Shown piece by piece: positions 27,661 through 40,629 of a stretch of 64,000 nucleotides of DNA. How positions within the stretch are numbered: the first letter of the stretch is position 1; each line of letters begins with the position of its first letter. Location: NCBI GenBank assembly GCA_951406725.2, contig OX597822.1, positions 86,800,001-86,864,000 on the forward strand, written 5' to 3'. The position numbers and the translations under genes are program-made. The notes beneath the pieces are model-generated. The model ran no database searches and was not told the origin of the DNA. It was given only the letters and a program-made list of their open reading frames with translations. Origin of the DNA: Octopus vulgaris. Taxonomy: Eukaryota.

Positions 27661-28884
27661 TATTATATTCCTAAAGATCAATTGAATGTATTTCTATGTA
27701 TGTCAGTGAAAAGAAATCATTATTGCATCAAATAAGGGCGATTGAGTAATAGAAATGACGGGCAGAGTTTTGTTTTTGGTTTAAATTGAAGTTGAACTTG
27801 ATTTGCCTTTCATACTTCTGAGAGCGATGAAGTGCCAATGTTATTCTTAATCAGTTTCAAGCTAGAACTTAGCCAATTTCATCATCTATAGCGTCTCTTA
27901 TAAATTGTATTTTTGTGAGAATACTTCTGAGGCTAGCAGTAGCAGGAATTTCTGAAACCTAAATTCTAGGGATTCTTACTCTTTTCTCTGTTTACAACCA
28001 CAGGCAAAAACTTCGAAAGATAATTCTATTCCGTATTATTGAATTTGAAGATGGTGTTATATGGCATGACAATGGTAGATACGTGTTTTAAATAGTGATG
28101 AAATTAAGTGATGAGAGTCACTGAACAGAAGCTGAATTTATTGTCAGGATATGAAGAGCGGAGCTGAAGGTGTGTTTTATTTATTTTCGTGTCATTAAAT
28201 AATTCAAGTGTCGTATTTTATTTAGTTTTTCGTCTCCTTCAACGACCACAATGAAATATTTTTCTTTTCCTGAATAGAGCGGTGAATTGCAGTGATGATG
28301 AGAGACATCCAGTGAGTGAAGTAGATAAGAACAGTTAATTAAAAACTATTAACCAACTGACATTTTAAATGTCAACATTTTAAAGCAAGAAGAAGAAGAA
28401 TAGTAGTAGTATGAGGTGGAGGTGGAGGAAGTTGCATTTTTATTTCTTGTTCAATTTATTTCTTTGAAATAAACTTCTTCAGACTCAAAACACCAGCGTT
28501 AAAACTCCTTGAGATCCGAATTCGCGTTTCGGTTTCAGTTACCATTTCCCTTCACTTTGATCACGAATGCTGTTAAGAAAGGAGGATCAACGCCACACAT
28601 TCTCGTTTATCTTCTCCCGTAAGATATTCCATAGTACTCAATACTAGCAAACACTACAAAATAACGGTAGACTTCTTGGTTCGATTCCCGACTAAAACAA
28701 TTTCACTTCACTAGTGTCTTTTGGTGAGACACGAACTCACAAATATCTATTTCTCTTCTTTATAACTCCGAGGCATTAAGTCGGAACAATTCATAGGATT
28801 CAATATATCAGTTATGATCGATGCAGTTACTGTATGAGTAAATGCAACTGTAAGTTCTTTATTATTTTTATTGTTTTGTTATTG

Positions 28885-29055
28885 TTGCTTAACCCTTGGT
28901 CAACCCTGATCAAGCGAGTCTGTAAGCATCAGCATTTCGGTCGTGACCATCCCATATTTTTAAAATTATGTAGAGCTACAACATCTAATGGCCTTTCCTT
29001 TTTAAAGGATGGTAGGGCGTGACTTGAAGGCGACTTCGCTACTATTTCTAGCATG
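28885..29055 (-). mobile_element. Ancient dispersed repeat family; other copies near 33330-33510(+), 47765-47945(-), 48470-48645(-), 55370-55540(+), 58170-58290(+)
   Basis: Shared CTAGAAATAGC..CCAAAT..CCTCAAATCACAC.CTA.C.T.TTAAAA...ATGGTCA.AGCTGGAATG..TTTGATCA motif pattern. Confidence 0.6.
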
Positions 29056-29991
29056 ATGTTATTGGTGATATTGGTTGTGATAGTCGTGACGGTGCTGTTG
29101 TTTTCACTTTGGCTTTTTATTTTCTTTTTTACTGGAAGAAAGACAGACATATTTGCTGAGGTTGTTTCCGAATCTGATAAATATATAACTAGTTGTAATT
29201 TGTCGCCGTCAAATCGTGGAATAATCACTTCGCCTTCCCTCTTTATGTATTAGGATGGCCTTTACAAGTTTAACTTGAACACAATTCTCTATATTTATAA
29301 AGGAGGGGGTAAAGAATTGCGACGTTCATATCTTTGTATAGAATATCAGTAGCTTTAACGAAGTGGAGTGAAATAGTTTCGAAACTAAGTGTTAGCTTGT
29401 CAGAGGATTGCCATCTAGTCTGCAAACATCATTGGTTTGTTTACTTTTAGAGGAGAGTAAATTGAACAGGGTGGTTTAACTACCCCAGTGAAATGGTTTC
29501 AAACGCATTTCAGGCCTCTCTTCAAAGCTTATTAAAATCCGTACAACCTGAAACAGACGGCAGAACAGCTCTACTCCAGATAAACCCTAAATGGGTTGTA
29601 AGTTTGTTTGATATAGCTTTCTTGTAAACAGGGGAGGGGCTATATTTTGCTAGCCAACAGTGCTGTGTCCAATTTGCTCATGAAACTTGTACCAGAAGCT
29701 CCCATAATGCAACTCTGCTTCAGTTCTATAACAATCTTATAAAAAAATACATTTCTTTAAGAATCGACATTAATACCTAAACAAATTTAAATATTGATTG
29801 TTAATATTTAATTCGGTGTAAGATGGTCAGCTAGCACGCCGTTAGCATGGCGGATAAAAAGCATCTCTGCATTTCGTGCGGTTTTTCGTTTGAAGGTTTG
29901 CCCAAACTTAAACTTAGAAGTATATAATAATACGACCGATAGTACTGGGTAATTCTAAAAGTGGACGAACTTTATACTGTACTCTATATAA

Positions 29992-30054
<63 letters not shown>

Positions 30055-30058
<4 letters not shown>

Positions 30059-30293
30059 TCCTAGACCGGACGTTGTGAGTGTTTATTGAGCGAAAACACC
30101 TAAAAGCTCCACGAGGCTCCGGCAGGGTGTGGTGATCCCTGCTGTACTCTTTCACCACTCTTTCTCCCACTCTTTCTTCTGTTGGTCTGCTCGCTTAGCC
30201 AGCGGGGTGGCGTCATTCGAAGGCTAAAACAATGCGAAGCGCATTGTGACCAGCGATGTGTAGCAACATCTGATGGTCTGGTCGGTCACGTGA
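30055..30293 (+). mobile_element. 5'-truncated copy of the OR-type SINE at 17661-17970
   Basis: High similarity by eye; ends CTGGTCGGTCACGTGA then (TA)n. Confidence 0.88.
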
Positions 30294-30309
30294 TATATAT
30301 ATAATGTAA

Positions 30310-30510
30310 CTACACGTGGACTGTTGGCGATATTTTCCCTCCTTTCTTTTCTTTTGGACTTTCCTTTGTCGTCTTCTGTTTCCGAAGACGAGTTTAGCTC
30401 GAAACGTAAAACAACCATCTTTTCTTTCCTTCTCTGAGCGTCTCATTAATACTTTGCATGTACTACGTTCTCGCGTTGCTTTTTCTTGATTTTTTTTTCT
30501 CCGTTTTTTA
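30310..30510 (+). mobile_element. Second copy of the 683-857 repeat with degenerate minimal HHR (30378-30412)
   Basis: GTTT-CCGAAGA-C-GAGT-TTA-GCTC-GAAAC-GTA-AAAC. Confidence 0.68.
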
Positions 30511-30531
30511 AAATTATATATATATATATAT

Positions 30532-30677
30532 TTGTTTCTTTATTACCTTCAAGGGGCTAAACACAGAGGGGACAAACAAGGACAGACAAACGGATTAAGT
30601 CGATTACATCGACCCCAGTGCGTAACTGGTACTTAATTTATCGACCCCGAAAGGATGAAAGGCAAAGTCGACCTCGG

Positions 30678-30682
<5 letters not shown>
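30532..30682 (-). mobile_element. SINE family A 3' half (long-tail subtype)
   Basis: Reverse complement matches 62127-62277. Confidence 0.88.
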
Positions 30683-30723
<41 letters not shown>

Positions 30724-31649
30724 CATGTATATGTATACAAGTAGTGTCACATGACATGTAATGTTGGGAATATACATTTGCCAGCATGGGTAATATCAGG
30801 TAATATATTTATTGTACACTGGAACAATAATTATAGCTTTATCCTTTTCGAAATGCCAGTGTGTTTGTACAAAATAATGAAATGATTAATTTTGCAACTA
30901 TTTATTGAATCAAATTTAAAGAAAATGAAGTCTAACATATTTCTCAAGTTATTTTCATTTACCATAAAAATATCTCATCAAAAGCAATAATAATAATTAT
31001 CAACTGCAATAATGATAATGTAATACACTGATAATGTTACAGATTGGAAATTCCTTATTCGAAATTTCAAAATCCGAAAAGCCTCTGGAAAATTCCACGA
31101 AGTGCTGGGAAGCATTTGATAACATTTACCTGTAATCAAATTCCATGTTTTGCTTTTTTGCAAAAACGGTTTGTGTTTTATTGACTATATTCTCCTGTAT
31201 GAATCAACGTAGATTTAAAATTATTATACATTTAGTATTACGCAACGTTTCCTTTTTTTACTCATAGTGGTGAAAGTTTAGTACCAACGATAGCCATCAC
31301 ATGACAGTGAACACTCCAGCTTTGAAATTAAAAACGTTTATGTGTTTGTGGCAAAAGTAAATTGTGAATCGTGTTGAAGTATTTGATATTAAAGGGAGTG
31401 GTAGATGTAGGGGCGGAAAGGGGAGTAGTAATAGTAGAAAGAGAAGGTAAAGGAGAGGAATTGTTAGTTGAAGTTAGGCGAAGGTGTAGTTAGAGTAGTA
31501 GAGAGTGAGAGAAGGGGAGGAACAGTATTAAATGAGGTTGCATGTCGAATCAACCAATAACAAGACAGCTGATAGAGTTATAGGATATATATATATATAT
31601 ATATGGATATATATATATATATATATATATTTACAGTATACACAAACTC

Positions 31650-31701
<52 letters not shown>

Positions 31702-34700
31702 TTTGGAACAATGAATGTCGAAGCACATGAAGCTATAAATATTGTATTAATAATCCGTGTGGGCAAAAAAGAGATTTCAAATCGAATATCTACACCATTT
31801 GTTTATAGCTTTATCTGCTTCGAGTTTCATAGTTCCAGATAAAAAGAATTACTTCATGTTCTCTTGAAGTCGATAAATTCCTATGACGTCAAGAATATGT
31901 GTGTGTGGGGTGGGGGTGAAAAGATAAATCACAGACCGCGCTTAAAATCCTTGAAAGCAGTTCCCCCAGCTTGACCGAAGTTCAAAGACTGAAATCAATA
32001 AAAGAAATATAGGATATATCCCATAAAAATCGAAGCAGGAAAAAAAATTATCAACCCTGATGGGAATCGAACTCAGAATATTACAATTTGTAATAATGAA
32101 AACTTTTGCATACTAAGAGATGACAAGGGCGGTTGGTGACAAATGATATAAACGCCCGACGGCCATTAAATCCGCTGAAGATTTGTAACTTATTGACATA
32201 GAAAAGAAATTAATAACCGTTCTGCGTTTACTTTGATAAACACAGAATCGTCGTCGTATAGAAACATCATTTCCAGTTCCCAAGCTATCGCAGAGTAACG
32301 GCAGCATTCATATGTGTTTCCATCTCTTAATAGACTACAGCCGTTTAAAAAAGGAATAACTTTTGTATCTGCCCCTCGAGATCTGACAGTTTTGAAATCA
32401 TTTCTTTATAATTAGAACGTAATAATGTCTACTGATATTTCAACCCAGTTGTAGATAGTTGCGAGTGTTTTATTATTTTAGACATTTATACTTACAAGAT
32501 AAAACATATAAAGATTATTGAATAAACTACTTAAAATATGGCTTTTGAATTTTGAGTTAAGATTCCTGATAAGGTTTAAACATTTTCCATTTTCCCTTGT
32601 GGGAAAGAGAAAAAGTTTGAGCGGAAACGATACCGAAGCTACTGACACGACAGTTTCCTTTTTCTTGGCTTTTCTGAGAAGTAAACATATGAACCATTTC
32701 TGTTATTGTTTATAAATTTGCATAAAAAAACCCATTATGCACCACCATGTCAAATTATATTATCTTGGAAATGATAATTTTATCCTTTTATTTTATTCAC
32801 GTTCCTTATTTTTTGTTTTCTTCGCATCTTTAAATGATGCATTTCTTCATGATCTCATGCTCAATACTCCCTCTATTTATTCCTATGAGTGTACACAATT
32901 TTTCTTTTGTTTTTTTTTTTTAGCTAAGTATGTACACATGCATGCTAATAACAATCACTTAAATACCACATTGACCACCTAAGCAAATATATATTTTAAA
33001 ATGTGTTTTATTAAAAAACAATTAATGAATTTTCACAATTAATTCCTCCAATTAAAAAAAAAATCGATTTCATCTTGAAAACCTTGTGCGTACATTTTAT
33101 TCTTTTGTGCGCAAGTTGTAAAACATGTATGCATTTACAAACAAACAGCTTAGGAGGAACACTACTAGTGTCGGTCTATTCCGAAAGGTGATAAAAATCC
33201 AAAATAACTGGGATAAGTCAATTATGAAATTGTAAAATAATCTGACAGCGCGAGAATATTCCGTTAATTTTATGTTTAACTTTAAATTATTTCTCAGTTG
33301 CTGTTTAGAAAAGAAACAAAATTCGGTCAAGGAGGTAGCCTCGATGCGGTCACCCGATCCGTTTGAAATACCAACGAAATATTCCTCAAATCACAACCTA
33401 TCATTTTAAAAATGGAAAAATAATCCAAGGCATAAAATAAATGGAATGGCTATAGCTGGAATGTTTTTGATCATAAGCTTACCGACCTAGGGCTAAATAA
33501 CGACAACAGAACAAAATTTTTTGAGGGTACGACAGCAAAATTTAAACATATTTGTCTTTGTTTCAATTTCTGTAAAATTCCGTTTATCCGCTTTCGATAT
33601 CTTTTCGACATTTTTACTTCATTTTCGATACTCTATTCTGTCTTTTTAAGATTGAGCTTAACCTCAATCGTTGAGGCGCGAAATTATATAACGAAGCTTG
33701 CAACTATAAATCCTGCCTCAGAATATAATAAAATACAAGAGACAGATATGCTTGAATGTGGCACAAAAAGTTGGCATTTATTTACTTATTTCTTGTAACG
33801 AGCATTAAGATGAATATATCAATGAAGTAAATTAACTCCAACAACAGCAACAACAACAGCAACAACAACTAGTTGACATTTTCTCAACTTCTTTTTAAAA
33901 TTTGACATTATCAAATAGACCACCCACCTTATAATTTCAACTCTTTTATTCTAACATTTATCTGGCATGTTTCATTTCTCGAAAATTTTACATTTTTTTT
34001 TATCGCAAGCGTTAACGAAACTGGACCGGAAGTAAGTCAAAAGCCGGATTGTCGGACATAAACGCTAATCATTAACAAAAATAGTTTTAAAGATAAGTTT
34101 TCCTTCATAAATAGAAGGTAATAAATAGCTTAAAGACATTCCTAACATTTTCCGTTATCTCATTCACTTTTGGTTAGCCGAGTTTTGCAAACAATGGTGG
34201 CTACTTTTTAAAATCATCGCATTCTTCTGTGAATACTTTATTTTTATACTGATGCAGAAAAGAAAAATAACATAAAGGTTATATAAATATATGTAGATAT
34301 GCAGACAGATGGTACGAGAAATTACGCTCGCGCGCACGTATACACGCACGCACGCGCGCACACACACACACACATAAAAGGATAGATGAGCTCATAGATA
34401 AAGATTATATAAGCATCTTGAAAAAGATAAATATATAGATTGTCGGAGTGATACATACATTCACCCATCCATCCAGCCCTCCAAACATACACACATGCAT
34501 ACAGAAATAGATACATACATTCATATAAAAATATACACATGCATGCATTTAAGCATTACAATACATACACACACATACATAAAATACATGCACACACATA
34601 CATACAATATACATACACATACATACATACATACATACATACATACAAAAATGACTCGTAAAATATAAACCTCAATAGGAAAGTGGTTGTTAACAGATGT

Positions 34701-35201
34701 AGTTGGTCTTAAGTGACTAATTCTGGCAAAAAAAGCAGGACTAGTCAAACTCGAATTGTGTATCCCCTACCCATACAGAGACACTCATATTCACAAACAC
34801 TCACACATACACACAAAAATGCACACACATACACACACCAATACAATTCATTAAAATTAAAAACAATTGGGAAATCATCAGCAATACACCAGATCTCATC
34901 GCTGTTTCGGTTATTTAAATAAATCTTTAGCTGGCTGGACGCTTCTACATTAGAGTGTTGCGATGTGCTATACAATACGTCCTTCTGTTCTGCTAGCCTA
35001 CCTCTACCTTAACCACGAACCTACTCTCTTATCCAAGAAAAAAATCACCTTGTTCCCTCTACTTCACGTCCCATCAAAATCCCCGCTCAAAATGCAGACC
35101 CCTCAAAATCTCTGCTCACAGCCACCACTGTTCTCCATCCAACTCCCTTACATTCTTCTATCAACTTTACATACTTTACCGCCTTCTTGTCTCCCACTTC
35201 C

Positions 35202-35285
<84 letters not shown>

Positions 35286-35352
35286 GTCTGTCTGTCTGTC
35301 TGTCCGTCCGTCTGTCTGTCTGTCTGTCTGCCTGTCTGCCTGCCTGCCTGCC

Positions 35353-35391
<39 letters not shown>

Positions 35392-35904
35392 ATGTCTGTC
35401 TGCCTCTCTGTCTCTATCTGATCTTAACTGATTGGAAGTGTTATCATGTACATTGTTTTGTCTTGGTATAAAAGATGGACTACTGCAAATATTCTTCCCA
35501 ATACCACAGATTTGCTTGAATTTAACCAGTTGAACATGTCCCTTATTGGATGACGATATGTGCATCTCTGATCACGAGCAAAAGTAGTGGGAGAGCATCA
35601 TAGCCATGTGTTGAGAGGAATTCTTTGGAGTTTGAATAATTCACCTCTGGAAACATTGGTGTTTCTTTCAACATCCTTAAGCAACTCTAATTCAAGGACC
35701 AGAATAAAATTCTAACTGGGCCCCATCTGCAATGTCATGTGTTGTTTATCTTGATATGTGATCACCATGTCGCGCACATATGGTTGTGATGCATATGCCT
35801 GGTGTACCTTTATCAGATGGGTAGTCATGATGGGTACACTGGGCTTTGTATATTTTATCCCAGTCTCACTTTGATGGTATATTAAATAAAATAATAATTT
35901 CTTC

Positions 35905-36243
35905 TATAAGACAAGAAGTTAGAAAACAATAGACCAGATATTACGATCACAGATAAGGAAAAGCGAAGTTGTTTACTTATCGACTCATCATACTCATTTG
36001 ATTCCAGGATCGTAAAGAAAGAGGAAGAAAGACAAATACAATCCTTTAAAATTTGAAATAGGAAGAATTTGGAGCATGTGAACAGTAAAAGTGGTGCCTA
36101 TAATAATTGGTGGATTGGGAACAGTAAGCCAAGATATAGACAAATGGCTGAAGGAGATTGAAATAGAATGTCTGGTAGAGCTCCTACAGAAAGTTTGTCA
36201 CTTAGCAACAGCAAGGATTATCAGAAAAGTCCTTGATATCTAA
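35905..36243 (+). mobile_element. R4/Dong-type RLE endonuclease 3' fragment
   Basis: NRPDITITDKEKRSCLLID, VKVVPIIIGGLGTV, LLQKVCHLATARIIRKVL*. Confidence 0.82.
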
Positions 36244-37216
36244 GAAAATTGGTTGTGACCCAGTATCAAGGACATTGATTCTGAATGTAAAACATTCATG
36301 CATACTCGCTCAGAAAAAAAAATCAGAAAAACTGTTTACTTATAGACACTGCAGTCCCTTCTGACCAAAATATTGTCCAAAAAGAAGTGGAGAATTTGTC
36401 AGCAAATATCCAATGAAATAAACTACCACCAGCAATCTGGATACCCAACGCATTACACACACAGCACACAATACAAACACTAATGCAACAAAAGACTGCA
36501 CCACACCTCAAACATAAAAGAAAGAAAAGAAACTGACGCAATACAATACCGGAAAGTTTTGCATACTCTCAACAACACACACACACACACACACCATTCA
36601 ACACGGTAGCAGGTGACGACGTAGAAATTTACCTGAAACTAACAACAACAAAGACGACGACGACGACGACAATAATAATACAGAAAAAAATGCACAAGTT
36701 AAATAGGCCGTTAGATAAATTGGAATAATAGAAATGGAGGCAAGTGACAAGCAGATAATTAAAAAATATATAATTGTTGGCTATGAAACTAGTAAACAAA
36801 CAAGAGACCCCAACCACCCATGTAGGGAAGAGCGACAAGCGTTAAAGATGGCAGCACAATAGAATATATAATGTCTTATGACGTCATAGGGAAGAATATT
36901 TGCCATTTTGAAACGTTTCTTCTGTGCCGTAGATGTGTCAAAGATGACGTGTTTGAGTTTCAGGTAATTTATAAATTATTGTGAAGTTGGATTAACTATC
37001 TCAGTTGGCAACGTGGGAGTTCTCAGATATTTTATAATAGCCCTAAAAACGAAAGCATTCTGTGCAGATGATACTGTCTTGTAGTGGAGGTGGCGAGAAA
37101 GGACGGGAGGGGGGGAGAAGGAGGAAGAAGGAAGAATAATGAGTTCAACTATTTCAATACTGGAAGAAATAGAATAAGTGCATAAATCTTTGGGGTTTGA
37201 GGGAGGACGTGTGTGT

Positions 37217-37349
<133 letters not shown>

Positions 37350-37467
37350 TAGATTATATGAGGGAATGCGTGGGGAAAAGAAATAAAAAGAAAGAGGGAG
37401 TGAAGGAGTATATATGTGTGTGTGTAAATAACTCTCTCTCTCTCTCTCCACACACACACACACACAC

Positions 37468-37530
<63 letters not shown>

Positions 37531-38347
37531 AATACACACACACATGCATCAATTACTCGGTCAAAAAACTCCTTTTAGCCATATAAGAACGCCGCACAAA
37601 AGTAGTTTTATTCACTTTACGTTTATTTATTCGAGACAAGGTCAAATTAATATGGTACCAAAAAGTTTCGTCGCACTTCTTGGACCAACTATTATTACTG
37701 AATTGTTGTGTAATTGAATGAATGTTTTTTTCTATACAAATGCTATATTCCTCATCCGCAAAGAAAAAAAACAAGAGAAGACACAGGTATTTCTAAGAAT
37801 GTGGGAAGAGATTATAAAAGCTTAAATATATAAAAATAATAAAATAAATATATACAAATTATAAAAATAATTTTTAGAATATACAGTACAGTACTGTTTT
37901 TACTTCGCAGATTTTTACCTATCGCGGGGGCTTTTGGAACGTAATACCCGCGATAAACGATAACCGAGGGATTACTGTTAACTTGCAGGAGATTTGATCG
38001 AAGCTGAGCAATAAAGTACAGAGTGAGAGAAGAAAATAGAAAATCCTATGAAGAAATAAGATATGAGACCCCCTCGTTGAGTAATTATCGCTTGCGAGGT
38101 TCTGCTATGAAACATATGTAGCCTGGATTTTACCCGCTCCATTCCTTCAATTTAGATTTTTCTTTGCTAACCGTGAACAATAGAATAACCTTTTTTCAGT
38201 TTATTGAACTTTGATATGGGAAGAACTTACAACTGTCTACGCCAACAAAACTATTCTTCCTGAAAGTTGTTTTTTATTCTTTCTACGGACTGCTCGAAAC
38301 TTACTAACTTCCTTCACCTGGATCTTTGGAGCTTACATTTACATATC

Positions 38348-38384
<37 letters not shown>

Positions 38385-38413
38385 CAAAATAAAAACATGA
38401 TGCCAAGGATTCA

Positions 38414-38491
38414 GCGGTACATATGTTTCGGACCTTTATTAGACGGATTTATAACAATGCATAATGTGTGTCTATGGCCTTCTTCAGCCGC
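38414..38491 (-). ncRNA. Minimal type-I hammerhead, mirror copy on the minus strand
   Basis: Exact reverse complement of 38634-38711. Confidence 0.85.
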
Positions 38492-38633
38492 GTACAATTA
38501 CTACTTCAAGGACATGTATTACATTATAAGTTTTACGTTGGGGATGCAAATCTTCACAGTCGCGACTGTGAAGATTTGCATCCCCAACGTAAAACTTATA
38601 ATGTAATACATGTCCTTGAAGTAGTAATTGTAC

Positions 38634-38711
38634 GCGGCTGAAGAAGGCCATAGACACACATTATGCATTGTTATAAATCCGTCTAATAAAGGTCCGAAAC
38701 ATATGTACCGC
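38634..38711 (+). ncRNA. Minimal type-I hammerhead with intact core
   Basis: Stem I GCGG/CCGC, CTGAAGA (38638-44), stem II GGCC/GGTC extended by TAGAC/GTCTA, GAAA (38696-99), palindromic ACATATGT stem III, GUA (38705-07). Confidence 0.85.
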
Positions 38712-38813
38712 TGAATCCTTGCCATCATGTTTTTATTTTGATTAATATACTCTACCACCTACACCACTAAATGGTATATACAGGTGCTTGCAATTATCAA
38801 GTATTCACCCTGA

Positions 38814-38960
<147 letters not shown>

Positions 38961-39264
38961 GCGGCCGTGGGAAAAAAATCAAATAGTCATAAACCATTTT
39001 TAAGTTCAACATCACAATCAAGGAACGGCCATAATAGGCCATTCACCCACTAGAAACAACAGCCAAAAGCCTCAACCGCTTTTTTTTGCCACCCTATATT
39101 GATTAATTGTGAATTTTCTGGTTAATTCCGTATTGAATCGGCGGCTTATATTTATTTGCTGCCGATAAATTTGGCGCGAGTGCGACGATTTGAAAATTTT
39201 AGGTCAGATATTGACGAGGTAGCAACGAGAATGCCTCGTGAGAAATATCTGTTCCGGCTTGGCT

Positions 39265-39371
39265 ATTTCTTACTGATGAATCTAAGGGCCTATGGTAGAT
39301 TGGCTTGATTTAATTTAATCAGGTTGGTTTTCCATTAAACAGTAGATGGGACGGTGCATCGTCTAAGAAAT
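39265..39371 (+). ncRNA. Hammerhead-topology motif with GAAA>GGGA core variant (unit 1)
   Basis: Stem I ATTTCTTA/TAAGAAAT, CTGATGA, stem II ATCTA/TAGAT enclosing a long hairpin, GGGA, near-palindromic stem III ACGGTGCATCGT, GUC. Confidence 0.78.
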
Positions 39372-39758
39372 TACAGGGTAAATGTTTTTTGATTTTCTCC
39401 TGGTTTACGGAATTGACGTTATTTTGCGGTTGAGGCTTTTGGCTGTTGTTTCTAGTGGGTGAATGGCCTATTATGGCCGTTCCTTGATTGTGATGTTGAA
39501 CTTAAAAATGGTTTATGACTATTTGATTTTTTCCCACTAGGCCGCTGGTGGCAGAAGAATTCTACAAAATTTTTTTTTTTGCCACCCTATATTGATTAAT
39601 TGTGAATTTTCTGGTTAATTCCGTAATGGAATCGGCGGCTTATATTTATTTGCTGCCGATAAATTTGGCGCGAGTGCGACGATTTGAAAATTTTAGGTCA
39701 GATATTGACGAGGTAGCAACGAGAATGCCTCGTGAGAAATATCTGTTCCGGCTTGGCT

Positions 39759-39865
39759 ATTTCTTACTGATGAATCTAAGGGCCTATGGTAGATTGGCTT
39801 GATTTAATTTAATCAGGTTGGTTTTCCATTAAACAGTAGATGGGACGGTGCATCGTCTAAGAAAT
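39759..39865 (+). ncRNA. Hammerhead-topology motif with GGGA core (unit 2)
   Basis: Identical to unit 1, offset 494. Confidence 0.78.
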
Positions 39866-40250
39866 TACAGGGTAAATGTTTTTTGATTTTCTCCTGGTTT
39901 ACGGAATTGACGTTATTTTGCGGTTGAGGCTTTTGGCTGTTGTTTCTAGTGGGTGAATGGCCTATTATGGCCGTTCCTTGATTGTGATGTTGAACTTAAA
40001 AATGGTTTATGACTATTTGATTTTTTCCCACTAGGCCGCTGGTGGCAGAAGAATTCGACAAAATTTTTTTTTGCCACCCTATATTGATTAATTGTGAATT
40101 TTCTGGTTAATTCCGTAATGGAATCGGCGGCTTATATTTATTTGCTGCCGATAAATTTGGCGCGAGTGCGACGATTTGAAAATTTTAGGTCAGATATTGA
40201 CGAGGTAGCAACGAGAATGCCTCGTGAGAAATATCTGTTCCGGCTTGGCT

Positions 40251-40357
40251 ATTTCTTACTGATGAATCTAAGGGCCTATGGTAGATTGGCTTGATTTAAT
40301 TTAATCAGGTTGGTTTTCCATTAAACAGTAGATGGGACGGTGCATCGTCTAAGAAAT
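40251..40357 (+). ncRNA. Hammerhead-topology motif with GGGA core (unit 3)
   Basis: Identical to unit 2, offset 492. Confidence 0.78.
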
Positions 40358-40475
40358 TACAGGGTAAATGTTTTTTGATTTTCTCCTGGTTTACGGAATT
40401 GACGTTATTTTGCGGTTGAGGCTTTTGGCTGTTGTTTCTAGTGGGTGAATGGCCTATTATGGCCGTTCCTTGATT

Positions 40476-40555
<80 letters not shown>

Positions 40556-40565
40556 TGTATGTATG

Positions 40566-40629
<64 letters not shown>

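Larger units (their letters stand above)
38382..38743. repeat. 362-bp spacer-less palindrome (181-bp arms, one mismatch); head-to-head pLTR-like pair
   Basis: Centre CAGTCG|CGACTG at 38562/38563; arms mirror without indels; mismatch 38403 vs 38722. Confidence 0.97.
38961..40480 (+). mobile_element. Retrozyme-like tandem array: ~2.85 copies of a 492-494-nt structured non-coding unit (39080-40480) preceded by an inverted ~119-nt head (38961-39079)
   Basis: Near-identical direct repeats; the head is the reverse complement of the unit's 3' part; one HHR-topology motif per unit; no transposon ORF. Confidence 0.85.

Noticed and set aside
37885-37980. CGAGGGATTACTGT pogo/Tigger-like terminus
   Set aside because: Only one end was found, with no matching TIR or transposase.
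38211-38758. Same peptide encoded on both strands
   Set aside because: This is a trivial consequence of the palindrome.
39602-40294. Identical 66-aa ORFs in array units 2 and 3
   Set aside because: They have a GTG start, are frameshifted in unit 1, show no motif and overlap strongly paired RNA; the identity reflects the tandem repeat.
39080-40480. CRISPR-like array or LTR element interpretation
   Set aside because: There are no unique spacers, no TG..CA ends and no PBS; whole units repeat directly.
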